The translations under genes were made by a program, and so were the position numbers. 64,000 nucleotides of DNA from Escherichia phage KIT01. Shown here in pieces: positions 45,754-54,684 of the stretch; position 1 is the first letter of the stretch, and every line of letters starts with the position of its first letter. The DNA is taken from the sequence record AP019521.1; one strand, written 5' to 3'. The notes beneath the pieces are model-generated. The model was not told the origin of the DNA, ran no database searches, and worked only from the letters and a program-made list of their open reading frames with translations.

Positions 45754-46659
45754 TTATTTTAGAGCTAATACTGCCGCGCGGAGCTTGTCACGCTGGAGTT
45801 CCATGTTCTTGATGCGAATCAATACGTCTTGGATACTCTTTTTCTCATCTTCGATTTGACCGTTTAAACGGTGGATTGATTCCTGGAGGTGGTCCTCATG
45901 ATACTTCTCGATAGGTTTCATCGTAGGGTTAGTAACAACCAAAGAATTATCAGGTTTAATTTTCCAATGATACGGTTCGGAATTGAATGGGCTTGGTACA
46001 GCCGTGGTTTTGAATTTGTCATAGGCTGCATACTGGCCTACGCTATCACATGATACGGCAGAGGTAGAGATAGATATACGACGTTCCATTTGTGCGTCCT
46101 TTTGTTGGGATTGATAAGGGGCATAAGACAAAAGATATTCACTAGTTAGTTTAACGTTGATATACACTGCATCAGCCCGTCCAGAACAATCAGCGTATTC
46201 ATCGGTTGTAACTTTATATGATTCTACAGCCTTAATACGGGTCATTGCTTCCCTGAATAAGGTTTCAAATGCTTCACGAAGAGCCTTATTACCTTTTGAG
46301 GTAGGACGGAAACGAACTTGAATGCCGTCATTCAGAATATTAATGACTAGGTTACGAGCCGTAAAATTAATATTTTTGATATTGACAGGAACCGTAGAAA
46401 TACGTCCTGCGGTAGCCAAGAGGTCTTTGATATTAGCTCGCAATGTTGCACCGAACAGGTGGGCCGGGCAACGGCAATAATCGTTCAAAGAACCAATATA
46501 AGTTCCTTTACGGCCTACACCATAAGTATAATTACCATTACAAATATGGCCAAAGTCTGCCAGCCGATCGATAGCGATACGACGAGTCGTGTCATGGTCA
46601 TAGATGGAATATTCTTTACGTGTTTTAATGTTCATATCAGAGTCCAAATAATTTTTCAT
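45754..46659 (-). CDS. hypothetical protein with C-terminal coiled coil
   Basis: 301 aa; tail ...MELQRDKLRAAVLALK. Confidence 0.45.
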   Translation of the reverse strand: MKNYLDSDMNIKTRKEYSIYDHDTTRRIAIDRLADFGHICNGNYTYGVGRKGTYIGSLNDYCRCPAHLFGATLRANIKDLLATAGRISTVPVNIKNINFTARNLVINILNDGIQVRFRPTSKGNKALREAFETLFREAMTRIKAVESYKVTTDEYADCSGRADAVYINVKLTSEYLLSYAPYQSQQKDAQMERRISISTSAVSCDSVGQYAAYDKFKTTAVPSPFNSEPYHWKIKPDNSLVVTNPTMKPIEKYHEDHLQESIHRLNGQIEDEKKSIQDVLIRIKNMELQRDKLRAAVLALK

Positions 46660-46852
46660 AGAATTTAGCGATAGGCCACAGAATTAGCATACATAACCAA
46701 GCAAAGCAAAATACTGGCCATACAAATGTAATGAATACTGCATCATAGCTTGATTCAATTTTAACCGGGTTCCATGCGCCTGTTTTATGCGCAATCAAAG
46801 CAGTAATAAATCCTATCACAAGATATCCAAGAATAAAACTAATAATTTCCAT
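46637..46852 (-). CDS. small membrane protein
   Basis: 71 aa, two hydrophobic helices. Confidence 0.4.
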   Translation of the reverse strand: MEIISFILGYLVIGFITALIAHKTGAWNPVKIESSYDAVFITFVWPVFCFAWLCMLILWPIAKFYEKLFGL

Positions 46853-46854
46853 GA

Positions 46855-47697
46855 TTAATCCTTAAGAAGATTTAGGATATCGATATATTTTTGTCGTTCA
46901 GCCTTAGCTTTAGCGTTCAGACTAGAGAGTCGGAAAATCTCATCATCTTGTTGCTGAATTGTAACATTCAAGCAAGTAAGCAAATTGCTAAAATACTCGA
47001 TTTGAGATTGATGCTTCTCATTGCTGCGCACTGGTACAGGTTCCGGTTTAGGAGCTTCTGGGTGCTCTTCAGCCAGGTCTTTAATTTTATAAAGTTTAAT
47101 ACGCTGACCCGCGCCAGTTTCGGCATCACCAAAACTAAGAACACCGTGCTGTTCTAATTCAGACAAGGCCAGTCGGAGATGGAACTTCCAGTTGTCGTAT
47201 TGACAACCACTGTAATGGGAAATGGTATACTCATTTTCATTTCTGGGGTGGTTAACAATACTAAAGATAATCCAATCACCTGAACCATTGGTCTTAAAGG
47301 TCATTTGTTTATCAAGACCTTTTGCAAGGCGAGCGCCAAGAGCCAGTAGACGTCGTTGGTTGGCATGAAGGTCTTGAACAACTTCGTCAAATGACATCGC
47401 CGGGATTAAACGACCATAAAGGTCGTAGCCTTTGTTATAATTTTTAAGAATAATTTTGGCATTAGCACGAGACAACATACCTGTTTTACGAAGAGTTTTC
47501 ATGACCCGGTCTTCTAAGGTAAAAGACCCTTTGGTCTTGTCAAAGATTTTAGTGAAGTCATCTTTAACAGTACAAACATTGAACTTGTCCCACATCATAT
47601 ATAGAACCTTTTCAACCACTTCTTTAGTACTCGGAATACGACCAAATTTAATAACTTTTTTAACTTCAGAACGAATTTGATTAATTGCCTGTGACAT
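46855..47697 (-). CDS. hypothetical protein with C-terminal coiled coil
   Basis: 280 aa; tail ...AKAKAERQKYIDILNLLKD. Confidence 0.45.
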   Translation of the reverse strand: MSQAINQIRSEVKKVIKFGRIPSTKEVVEKVLYMMWDKFNVCTVKDDFTKIFDKTKGSFTLEDRVMKTLRKTGMLSRANAKIILKNYNKGYDLYGRLIPAMSFDEVVQDLHANQRRLLALGARLAKGLDKQMTFKTNGSGDWIIFSIVNHPRNENEYTISHYSGCQYDNWKFHLRLALSELEQHGVLSFGDAETGAGQRIKLYKIKDLAEEHPEAPKPEPVPVRSNEKHQSQIEYFSNLLTCLNVTIQQQDDEIFRLSSLNAKAKAERQKYIDILNLLKD

Positions 47698-47763
47698 AAT
47701 AATAATTTCCTCAGTAAGTAATTAAGAACCTAGAACCATTATACCATCCTTGGTATAAAGCGT

Positions 47764-48288
47764 TTATGCGAGAACCGTCTTTAAACGCTCTTCAAATTTC
47801 TGAAGCAGAGCTTGGCGTTCAGCTCGTTGTGATTTGTACTGCTCGATACGACCTGAAGTGAGGGCGTACTGTTCGTTTACTGATTCCCGCATGAATTCAG
47901 GAATCTCTTTACAAGCTTTGATTTCGTCAAACTTATCAATAACAGCTTGTTGTTCAGCAATCAGATTATCGAAATAAGCGATATCAGATTTAACGTTTGC
48001 CAGGTCGGATTCGGTAGGCATTAAACGTTTGTTACGTTCAGCTTGATAAGCCTGATTGGTTTCACGACTCCAGTGAAGAGTACGTTTTTTGTTAGTGTTT
48101 TTATAGAGCTCTACAATACCAACTGAATCGATGACTGCAATCCAGTTCCAACGGCTTTTGTAAATCTCTCCTCCGGATACGGTAATCTCATTACCACAAG
48201 CAACATCGTTAAAGAACTTGCTTTGTTTTTCAGATTTGAAATTACCGTTGTTGAAATTAATCAGTGAAAAAATATCTTTAGCGTTCAT
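47764..48288 (-). CDS. hypothetical protein with C-terminal coiled coil
   Basis: 174 aa; tail ...RAERQALLQKFEERLKTVLA. Confidence 0.45.
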   Translation of the reverse strand: MNAKDIFSLINFNNGNFKSEKQSKFFNDVACGNEITVSGGEIYKSRWNWIAVIDSVGIVELYKNTNKKRTLHWSRETNQAYQAERNKRLMPTESDLANVKSDIAYFDNLIAEQQAVIDKFDEIKACKEIPEFMRESVNEQYALTSGRIEQYKSQRAERQALLQKFEERLKTVLA

Positions 48289-48294
48289 GATAAC

Positions 48295-48343
48295 CTCCAG
48301 TAGTTGATAGGTCTATAGTATCATTTCTACTGGAGATGTAAAC
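48295..48343 (-). promoter_or_regulatory. early promoter/stem-loop cassette
   Basis: gttgataggtctatagtatca core; gtaaac 48338-48343; 9-bp arms ctccagtag 48295-48303 / ctactggag 48327-48335. Confidence 0.6.
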
Positions 48344-48345
48344 AA

Positions 48346-48687
48346 CTAATAGAAACTTTTTTCACCTGATTGTCCACTAAACCATGCGGATTGGGTATTC
48401 TCTTTCCGTTGGTGTTCGATACGAATGCGATATTCATTCCTGATGGCGCAGAGTTCACCTCGGAAGTCGCCTACCAACTTTACCTGCTTATGGTCTAGAT
48501 TTATTAAGGCTTGGGTCTTCGCTGCCAAGAGCAGTCTCCTGTAGTCTCCTTCTTCACAATCAGTTTTATAAACTCTATTAGTATATCCGTCGACAACTTC
48601 TTTATCATAGTCCTCGACAGACTGTTTCATGGCTTTAGAAAAAGTCTGACCTGCGTTAAAAAGATTGTAAATAAATTGTTCAAACAT
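48346..48687 (-). CDS. hypothetical protein
   Basis: 113-aa ORF. Confidence 0.4.
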   Translation of the reverse strand: MFEQFIYNLFNAGQTFSKAMKQSVEDYDKEVVDGYTNRVYKTDCEEGDYRRLLLAAKTQALINLDHKQVKLVGDFRGELCAIRNEYRIRIEHQRKENTQSAWFSGQSGEKSFY

Positions 48688-48696
48688 AATTCACCT

Positions 48697-49678
48697 TTAT
48701 TTCAGAAGGGTAACTTCAGCGATTTCGCTCCAGTCATTTTTATCGGTGGCAATGAAGTCCGCCAGATAAAGAGCTGTACGTAATGATACGTTACGAAGAC
48801 GAGATACATTAGCCTTCATCCATGCTAAAGCTTGATAAGTCTCAGCATCAGTCAGACCTCGATTTTGCATCATATCAGTGGACAGGATAACGTCTTCAAC
48901 ACGAACCATAATCTCTTCGTTAGAGTGAACTCCGAGGTCTAAGTAAACTGAACGAGATACTAAAGCCTGGAGGTGTGGAGCAAGTTTAGTTCCACGCTCT
49001 AATTCACGGTCGATATCAACGTTGGTGATGAACACGATGGTGCCTTCGTATTCAAATTCTTTATCGATATTTTTATCATCGAGGTAAGAACTTGAAGTGC
49101 TCCAGCACACCTTACGTTTTTCACCTGTATCCAATGCCGCTTTTAACAGGTTCAGGATATCCATATCAGAGAATACATCAACATCATCAATAAGAAGAAC
49201 ACTATTAGGGCCGCGGTTATTCCAAAGCTGCTCGTAAAGACCGATTCCACTAATCTTTCCGTTGATTGATTTATATTCGATAGTTTCATTTTCGTGGGCA
49301 TTTTGTAATGCTTTATCCAAAGAATACGTTTTACCAATACCTGCGGCACCAGAGATGATAAGGGAACGAATTTTACCATCGATGATTCCGTTGGTCATCA
49401 TGTTCATTACTTTAAAACGTTTGTTAATGCGATGTTTCATTTCTTCAGCGGATTCAGTAACCATTGCAGGAGCTTCAGCACCTTCCATTTCAACGTCACA
49501 TTTGAACACCCATACACCACGTTCAACACCATCAATCTGTACGAATACCTTGCCATCACCGAGGTGAGCTTCGGATTCATGAATTTTGTTAGGGAACCAG
49601 GTTTTACCTGAACTCATGAACGTACCAGAGATTTCATTACCGCGATAGATGCCTTTGTTGATTTTGATAGTTAACATT
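48697..49678 (-). CDS. AAA+/P-loop ATPase
   Basis: start set at MLTIKINKG after GGAG SD and downstream of promoter -10; Walker A GAAGIGKTY, Walker B VLLIDDVD. Confidence 0.6.
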
Positions 49679-49699
49679 ATATTCTCCATTTCACTCAGT

Positions 49700-49743
49700 A
49701 GATTTGATAGGTCCATAATAACATGCTCTACGAGAGTGTAAAC
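49700..49743 (-). promoter_or_regulatory. early promoter cassette upstream of AAA+ ATPase gene
   Basis: gtaaac 49738-49743, 17-nt spacer, TATTAT. Confidence 0.5.
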
Positions 49744-49760
49744 TCTTTTTTGCACTAAAC

Positions 49761-49784
49761 CCAAAAAGGCCCGAAGGCCTTTTA
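49761..49784 (-). terminator. intrinsic terminator after nucleotidyltransferase-fold gene
   Basis: minus GGCC-UUCG-GGCC followed by UUUUU. Confidence 0.5.
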
Positions 49785-50825
49785 TCATTTATAATACGAG
49801 TTGTGGTTGTCGAGGTATACCTCTTCAACGAACTTGTCCCAGAACTTCATGTCTACCTTCTCAGGCATACCGTTCTTAGCGGCCCAGATAGCATTAGTTT
49901 CGACTTCATCAACGATGGCTTCAAGTTCGGCCTGCACATCTTTAAAAGCATGAAGCCCTTGTTTGATTTCAAGGATAAACGGTGCCGTACGTAAAGGATA
50001 TTGGAGGTCACCTGTTTGATAGATTTCCTTCAACTGATAACCAGCACGATAAGCATGGCTCAGAGCTTTCCAGTCAATACCTTCGTTAGCTTCAGCCTTA
50101 CGAGCACGTTCACCATATTCCGCATCGAGCTTATTCAGAGATTGCTTGAGCTCGATTAATGACAGGGTGGTTTGGTATTTACGCCCGAGAACAGTATAGA
50201 ACGTTTGAGGGCCTGTTTTCTCATGGTTATGGAATACCCATTCACAGAATTCGTTTTCAGGGAGTCGATGTTTGATATCTTCTACCTTAGTACGACGTTG
50301 CTTAGTCGAACCATCTTCTTGATAATCGACCCACTGTTCAGGAATCTGGTTAACAATAGCCAGTACACCACGCAGAGCAGCCAGTCGAGAACCCTTAACA
50401 CCATATTTAGAAGCTTGCTTACGGACATACCCTAAATAGGCTTTCATGTTAGTTGTATAGAACCGAGAACGGTTATCTTGGATAAATTTCCATACATCAG
50501 GTAAATCAGATTTAACCACCAGTTCAGGTGGGGTGTGGAGCATATCCAGAGCAACGGTTTCGCCTTCAGCCGCTAGTTTAAAGAAATATTTCAGGCTGTA
50601 AAGCTCATGGTCAACATCATCTTTAGTGTTTTTGGAAGCAGTGTTATTCGTATTCAGGTTGGTATGGTTCATAGCCGTACCTAACAGAATATCACGCGGA
50701 TGTGGAACAAAGATTTCTTTAAAATCGACATCAGATTCCGGAGTACTTGTTCCATAAAGGTGGCTACCGAAGTAGCCTTTCATAACTGTTCTCATTCTTT
50801 GTTCTCGAAGTGGATTACAGGACAC
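49785..50825 (-). CDS. Pol-beta-superfamily nucleotidyltransferase-fold protein
   Basis: 346 aa; N-terminal YFGSHLYGTSTPESDVDF = G[SG]x9-13 D-x-D NTase signature. Confidence 0.5.
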   Translation of the reverse strand: MSCNPLREQRMRTVMKGYFGSHLYGTSTPESDVDFKEIFVPHPRDILLGTAMNHTNLNTNNTASKNTKDDVDHELYSLKYFFKLAAEGETVALDMLHTPPELVVKSDLPDVWKFIQDNRSRFYTTNMKAYLGYVRKQASKYGVKGSRLAALRGVLAIVNQIPEQWVDYQEDGSTKQRRTKVEDIKHRLPENEFCEWVFHNHEKTGPQTFYTVLGRKYQTTLSLIELKQSLNKLDAEYGERARKAEANEGIDWKALSHAYRAGYQLKEIYQTGDLQYPLRTAPFILEIKQGLHAFKDVQAELEAIVDEVETNAIWAAKNGMPEKVDMKFWDKFVEEVYLDNHNSYYK

Positions 50826-51244
50826 ATCTTAGATTTACGAGCTTTAATGTATTGAATAACGATATTTTCTTTAGTTTCTCGGCCTTCACGCTCAGCTTGA
50901 ATACGTTGCCATTCCTTTTCTTCTCTACGGGCATCATACCATGCGTGTAAATTCATCGCACCGAATGCCAAACCAATGGATAGCGCAATAATAAGAGCTA
51001 TTGCAACCAACCCTAAAACAAACCCAAGGCTCAACAGAACAGGAGTACTTAATACAAAGAAATGCTCTAATACGCCAGCGCCCGCGACAGTTAATCCAAA
51101 AAGCGTACTACCTGCAACAACAGCACAAGCAAAACAAGCCCAAATCATTTTCCAGAAATAAGCGCACAGAGAGTGTGGTCGAGAATGACGGTCGTAAAAA
51201 CGGTCATGTAGTTTAACGTGCCAAGAGTTCGCATTGATAATCAT
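50792..51244 (-). CDS. membrane protein
   Basis: 150 aa; three or more hydrophobic helices. Confidence 0.45.
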   Translation of the reverse strand: MIINANSWHVKLHDRFYDRHSRPHSLCAYFWKMIWACFACAVVAGSTLFGLTVAGAGVLEHFFVLSTPVLLSLGFVLGLVAIALIIALSIGLAFGAMNLHAWYDARREEKEWQRIQAEREGRETKENIVIQYIKARKSKMCPVIHFENKE

Positions 51245-51254
51245 AATATTTTCC

Positions 51255-51815
51255 TTAAGAGTTCATAGTTGGGATAACAGAGTTCAGATAAGAGACTAAA
51301 ACTTTTAGCTCGTCTTTAGTAAATACCACTTCATTTTCACCGTCGTGTCTTTGGGTCAAGGATAGTAAATCACGGCCCTGATATTGATACACGGTTAATT
51401 CGGTATCATAATCCAGTTCTTCTTCATCACCTTCAAATGTTTCACTAGAACGAATCACCGCATCTTGACCTGGGACTTTCCATTCAACTTCCGGATGGCA
51501 TTCTTCCTGGAACAGTTTAAAAATACATTTAAAGAAATTAGCAGAATCACTAATGCTTAGGCATTCTTTGTCAGTTTCGATATTAAACCCAACTTCATGT
51601 TTATAAATTTTGGCCCATACATCGCTGTTAATATCAATCGAGGCACTATGGCGTCCATCAAGATAATCCTGTTTGTCCAAAACCTTTAAATCGTAAAGTG
51701 GTTTGATATCTTGGATAGTCAGTACGATTTTATCGTCTTCTTGTGAAAGCACAATTGCATTATCAACTACTTCAGCGGTCAGTTCGCCAAACAATTCAGT
51801 TGTTTCAATAATCAT
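51255..51815 (-). CDS. hypothetical acidic protein
   Basis: 186-aa ORF. Confidence 0.45.
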   Translation of the reverse strand: MIIETTELFGELTAEVVDNAIVLSQEDDKIVLTIQDIKPLYDLKVLDKQDYLDGRHSASIDINSDVWAKIYKHEVGFNIETDKECLSISDSANFFKCIFKLFQEECHPEVEWKVPGQDAVIRSSETFEGDEEELDYDTELTVYQYQGRDLLSLTQRHDGENEVVFTKDELKVLVSYLNSVIPTMNS

Positions 51816-51825
51816 TTTCTGTTCC

Positions 51826-52098
51826 TCAACGGTTATGTTTTAAAATACTATAAAGCTCTTCAACTTGGCTTGCGTTCAGACAAATCATATCATTTTCTTG
51901 TTGGAGCGTAATTCCACCTTTTTCTTCCCAATCTTTAACAAAGACATCATCGTCAGATTCTTCAACATCTGCCAAAAGGACAATAATACCATCTTCAGAA
52001 TTACCACTCGGATCATATAACATTACAGTTTCCTCGCTAACCGTGAAAAGAATAAACCAATTAAAACAGGCCCTACAACCATTGTTAACCAAGCCCAA
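51826..52098 (-). CDS. hypothetical protein
   Basis: 90-aa ORF. Confidence 0.4.
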   Translation of the reverse strand: MGLVNNGCRACFNWFILFTVSEETVMLYDPSGNSEDGIIVLLADVEESDDDVFVKDWEEKGGITLQQENDMICLNASQVEELYSILKHNR

Positions 52099-52143
52099 GG
52101 TTCAAGATAGTAAATCATCTTCAGGCTCCTGTGCCATCAGCCA

Positions 52144-52326
52144 TTATGCTTTCAACTCATTAAGATACTCAACCAAGGCCGCTTTAGAGTTAGCCAAATC
52201 TCGTTTACACTGCTCTATTCCGGAATATGAATAACCTTCGCAATATTCAACAGCCAGGTCATTGGATGCGTTTTCAATGTGCCGGGCGAGTTTGATAATT
52301 TTCTCAATCTGTTCAGTAGTTAACAT
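52144..52326 (-). CDS. hypothetical protein
   Basis: 60-aa ORF. Confidence 0.4.
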   Translation of the reverse strand: MLTTEQIEKIIKLARHIENASNDLAVEYCEGYSYSGIEQCKRDLANSKAALVEYLNELKA

Positions 52327-52330
52327 AATA

Positions 52331-52567
52331 TCACCAGTATTTGTTGATAGTAGAAATTAATTCTTGGGCTTGGGTAGTCTTCAGTTTACATCCACAACCC
52401 TTTAATGTGTCTTTAAGGAGCCACGGTTCCTTGAGCTCGTCCTTTTCTAGACGAATTCTGTATCCTCGATAATCGGCGAAGATACTTCGGTCGTCGAATA
52501 TCTTAATCTCAAGGATACGGCCATTGATTTCGTATTCTAATGAAACCGTAGTACTCGTAAGTTTCAT
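52331..52567 (-). CDS. hypothetical protein
   Basis: 78-aa ORF behind early promoter cassette. Confidence 0.4.
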   Translation of the reverse strand: MKLTSTTVSLEYEINGRILEIKIFDDRSIFADYRGYRIRLEKDELKEPWLLKDTLKGCGCKLKTTQAQELISTINKYW

Positions 52568-52576
52568 ATTGTTCTC

Positions 52577-52624
52577 CTCATTAGTTGATAGGTCTATAGT
52601 ATCATGTTCCTAGAGGATGTAAAC
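52577..52624 (-). promoter_or_regulatory. early promoter cassette
   Basis: gttgataggtctatagtatca core identical to 48303-48323; gtaaac 52619-52624. Confidence 0.6.
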
Positions 52625-52631
52625 ACCTAAA

Positions 52632-52662
52632 CGAAAAAAGGTCCCACCGAAGTGAGACCTTT
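52632..52662 (-). terminator. intrinsic terminator
   Basis: minus GGUCUCAC-UUCG-GUGGGACC followed by UUUUUU. Confidence 0.55.
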
Positions 52663-52664
52663 GA

Positions 52665-53048
52665 TTATTCTAACGTTAGCAAATACTTAGTCTGGTAAAA
52701 GACACCAGTGATATCGTCCAAAGTCGACTGGATGGCCTTAGGAAGGGTATCATAGATTTTATCAGATGCTTTAAGAAGCTCGTCAAGAAAATCTACCGGG
52801 TCCTTAGGCAAGTCTGAAGCAGACGGTAATGATGCTTTATATTCTTTGCCACTGAATCCAAGATATTGCTCACTAAATTGGTCCAGAGGTCCTTGAACTT
52901 CTACATAATAGAAGTCATACGCTTTGTGTCTTGCATAGCTTTTGGTTTCTAAATGGGCTGACTTAAAATAGGCTAAAGAAACCAGTAGCCAACCAATATA
53001 AGAATCCACTTCAGACCCTCGACCGGGTACGAAATCATTGAACTTCAT
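52665..53048 (-). CDS. hypothetical protein
   Basis: 127-aa ORF followed by terminator hairpin. Confidence 0.45.
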   Translation of the reverse strand: MKFNDFVPGRGSEVDSYIGWLLVSLAYFKSAHLETKSYARHKAYDFYYVEVQGPLDQFSEQYLGFSGKEYKASLPSASDLPKDPVDFLDELLKASDKIYDTLPKAIQSTLDDITGVFYQTKYLLTLE

Positions 53049-53328
53049 CTTCCACCTTCATTAGTTTTACATAACGCTCTCCGATGGCACGACCTTCAAT
53101 TGAGCATGTTTCTACAGTCTGACAACTTGAAATCTTCCAGGAAGCCGTAACATAAGCCCAATAGTCTTCGGAGGCCTTTACGCTAGGTCTACTCATTTGC
53201 GCATAAACAGGCATCGCACTACTAGCAAATGCATCCATCAATTTACCATTGGTATCATTTGCTAGTGAAACTGTAGGGCTTAAACATCCCGCCATAAGGA
53301 TACAAGCCGCTGTACGGAAAATATCCAT
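53035..53328 (-). CDS. rI: lysis inhibition regulator RI-like
   Basis: 97 aa, N-terminal signal-anchor, C-terminal SC..ETCSIEGRAIGERYVKLMKVEDE pattern resembles T4 RI; adjacent to tk as in T4. Confidence 0.55.
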   Translation of the reverse strand: MDIFRTAACILMAGCLSPTVSLANDTNGKLMDAFASSAMPVYAQMSRPSVKASEDYWAYVTASWKISSCQTVETCSIEGRAIGERYVKLMKVEDEVQ

Positions 53329-53352
53329 ACAAAAGTCCTTTGTTGTTTTATA

Positions 53353-53700
53353 CTATTTGCCTTTCGGCCTTAACCGATAGCGATTACCAAAAGCTAAAGC
53401 TCTACGGTTAGTATTATTATTTATAGCTTTTTTAAGCTTACGACAATAAGAATAGAACACGTCGTTAAAATTATGCTCAACCCAATTCCTCTGTATAGGC
53501 GAGGTAATGGAAAGCATATAATGCGCTTTAATTAAATCCATCCCATTTTTATTAGGACATTCTTTATTATTAGCATTATATGTCGCTGCTACAACCTCTA
53601 TCTCTCTTTTGTAAGCCACATCATCCATGATAGGCGAAAGAACAATATAAGAAATGGCCACAGCGAACGCTAGAATTAAAATCTTTGAATTTAGGTCCAT
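53353..53700 (-). CDS. hypothetical membrane-anchored protein
   Basis: 115 aa with N-terminal hydrophobic segment. Confidence 0.4.
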   Translation of the reverse strand: MDLNSKILILAFAVAISYIVLSPIMDDVAYKREIEVVAATYNANNKECPNKNGMDLIKAHYMLSITSPIQRNWVEHNFNDVFYSYCRKLKKAINNNTNRRALAFGNRYRLRPKGK

Positions 53701-53707
53701 AGTACCC

Positions 53708-54280
53708 TCAACTCGTTATTTCTATCCAGTGCTTCCTGCACAATGACACGTAAGAATCGTTGCCACCTATAGAAACTTGGGCGCCGTCCTTAATTGCGAT
53801 ACCATCCTGGACCCTAGCAGTCATAGTAGCTTTACGGCCACAATGGCACACACCTTTGTACTCAACGAGTTTATCTGCTGTAGCGAGTAATTCAGCAGAG
53901 CCAGGAAACAGTTTACCCTGAAAATCAGTTCTTAGCCCGTAGCACATAACCGGGACATTATAATTGTCTACTATCTTTGCCAGTTGTTTTATCTGTGCAG
54001 GTTCTAAGAACTGTGCTTCATCCACAAATACACAGTGGATATCTTTTTGAGATTCAGCCCAACGATAGAACTCGTATAGGTCCATATCCGGAGTCACGGC
54101 ATTAGCCTCTTGACTAATCCCTATACGAGACGAAATGGTATGGCTTGATTCTCTATTGTCTATCGCAGGCTTTAAAAGGAGTACGCCCATACCGCGTTCT
54201 TTGTAGTTATGAGCGGCCGTTAGCAATGAAGCAGTTTTCCCGGAATTCATTGCCGCATAGTGAAAATAAAGTTGAGCCAT
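53708..54280 (-). CDS. tk: thymidine kinase
   Basis: 190 aa; YAAMNSGKTASLL, CHCGRKA zinc motif, collinear with T4 Tk. Confidence 0.9.
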   Translation of the reverse strand: MAQLYFHYAAMNSGKTASLLTAAHNYKERGMGVLLLKPAIDNRESSHTISSRIGISQEANAVTPDMDLYEFYRWAESQKDIHCVFVDEAQFLEPAQIKQLAKIVDNYNVPVMCYGLRTDFQGKLFPGSAELLATADKLVEYKGVCHCGRKATMTARVQDGIAIKDGAQVSIGGNDSYVSLCRKHWIEITS

Positions 54281-54289
54281 ATTACCTTC

Positions 54290-54496
54290 TTAAAGACTAT
54301 TTACATAAGCAATTAATTCGTTTTCTTTCTCATCAAATCGATTAGCAAATTCTTCCAAATGGTCGGCATCTATCGGGCCATATTCATCATAAAAGGCATT
54401 TGCTTCCGTATGCTCATCCAAAAGCTCATGGATAAGCTCAAACAATTTATCTTTCTGTTCTTTACTCAGACTCATAACCATTGTACCTTTAAGCAA
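54290..54496 (-). CDS. hypothetical protein
   Basis: 68-aa acidic ORF. Confidence 0.4.
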   Translation of the reverse strand: MLKGTMVMSLSKEQKDKLFELIHELLDEHTEANAFYDEYGPIDADHLEEFANRFDEKENELIAYVNSL

Positions 54497-54684
54497 TATT
54501 CTTCTACGTGCTGTTTACGTTTATTTTTATCTATAAAAGTATATTCAACATATTCGCCAATATACCATTTATCGGTGTTGTGTTGACTTTTTATAGGACA
54601 TTTAGTTACTCGAGTTTCGGTCCAGCGTCGAATAATTTCCGCTTTGTTTTTAGGGTCAAACGGATGTGGGTAATGGGCTTTCAT
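54472..54684 (-). CDS. hypothetical protein
   Basis: 70-aa ORF. Confidence 0.4.
   Translation of the reverse strand: MKAHYPHPFDPKNKAEIIRRWTETRVTKCPIKSQHNTDKWYIGEYVEYTFIDKNKRKQHVEEYCLKVQWL

Noticed and set aside
49679-49788. N-terminal extension of the AAA+ ATPase ORF
   Set aside because: It overlaps the promoter -10 (49715-49720) and the upstream gene's terminator; the ATG at 49678 has a GGAG SD.
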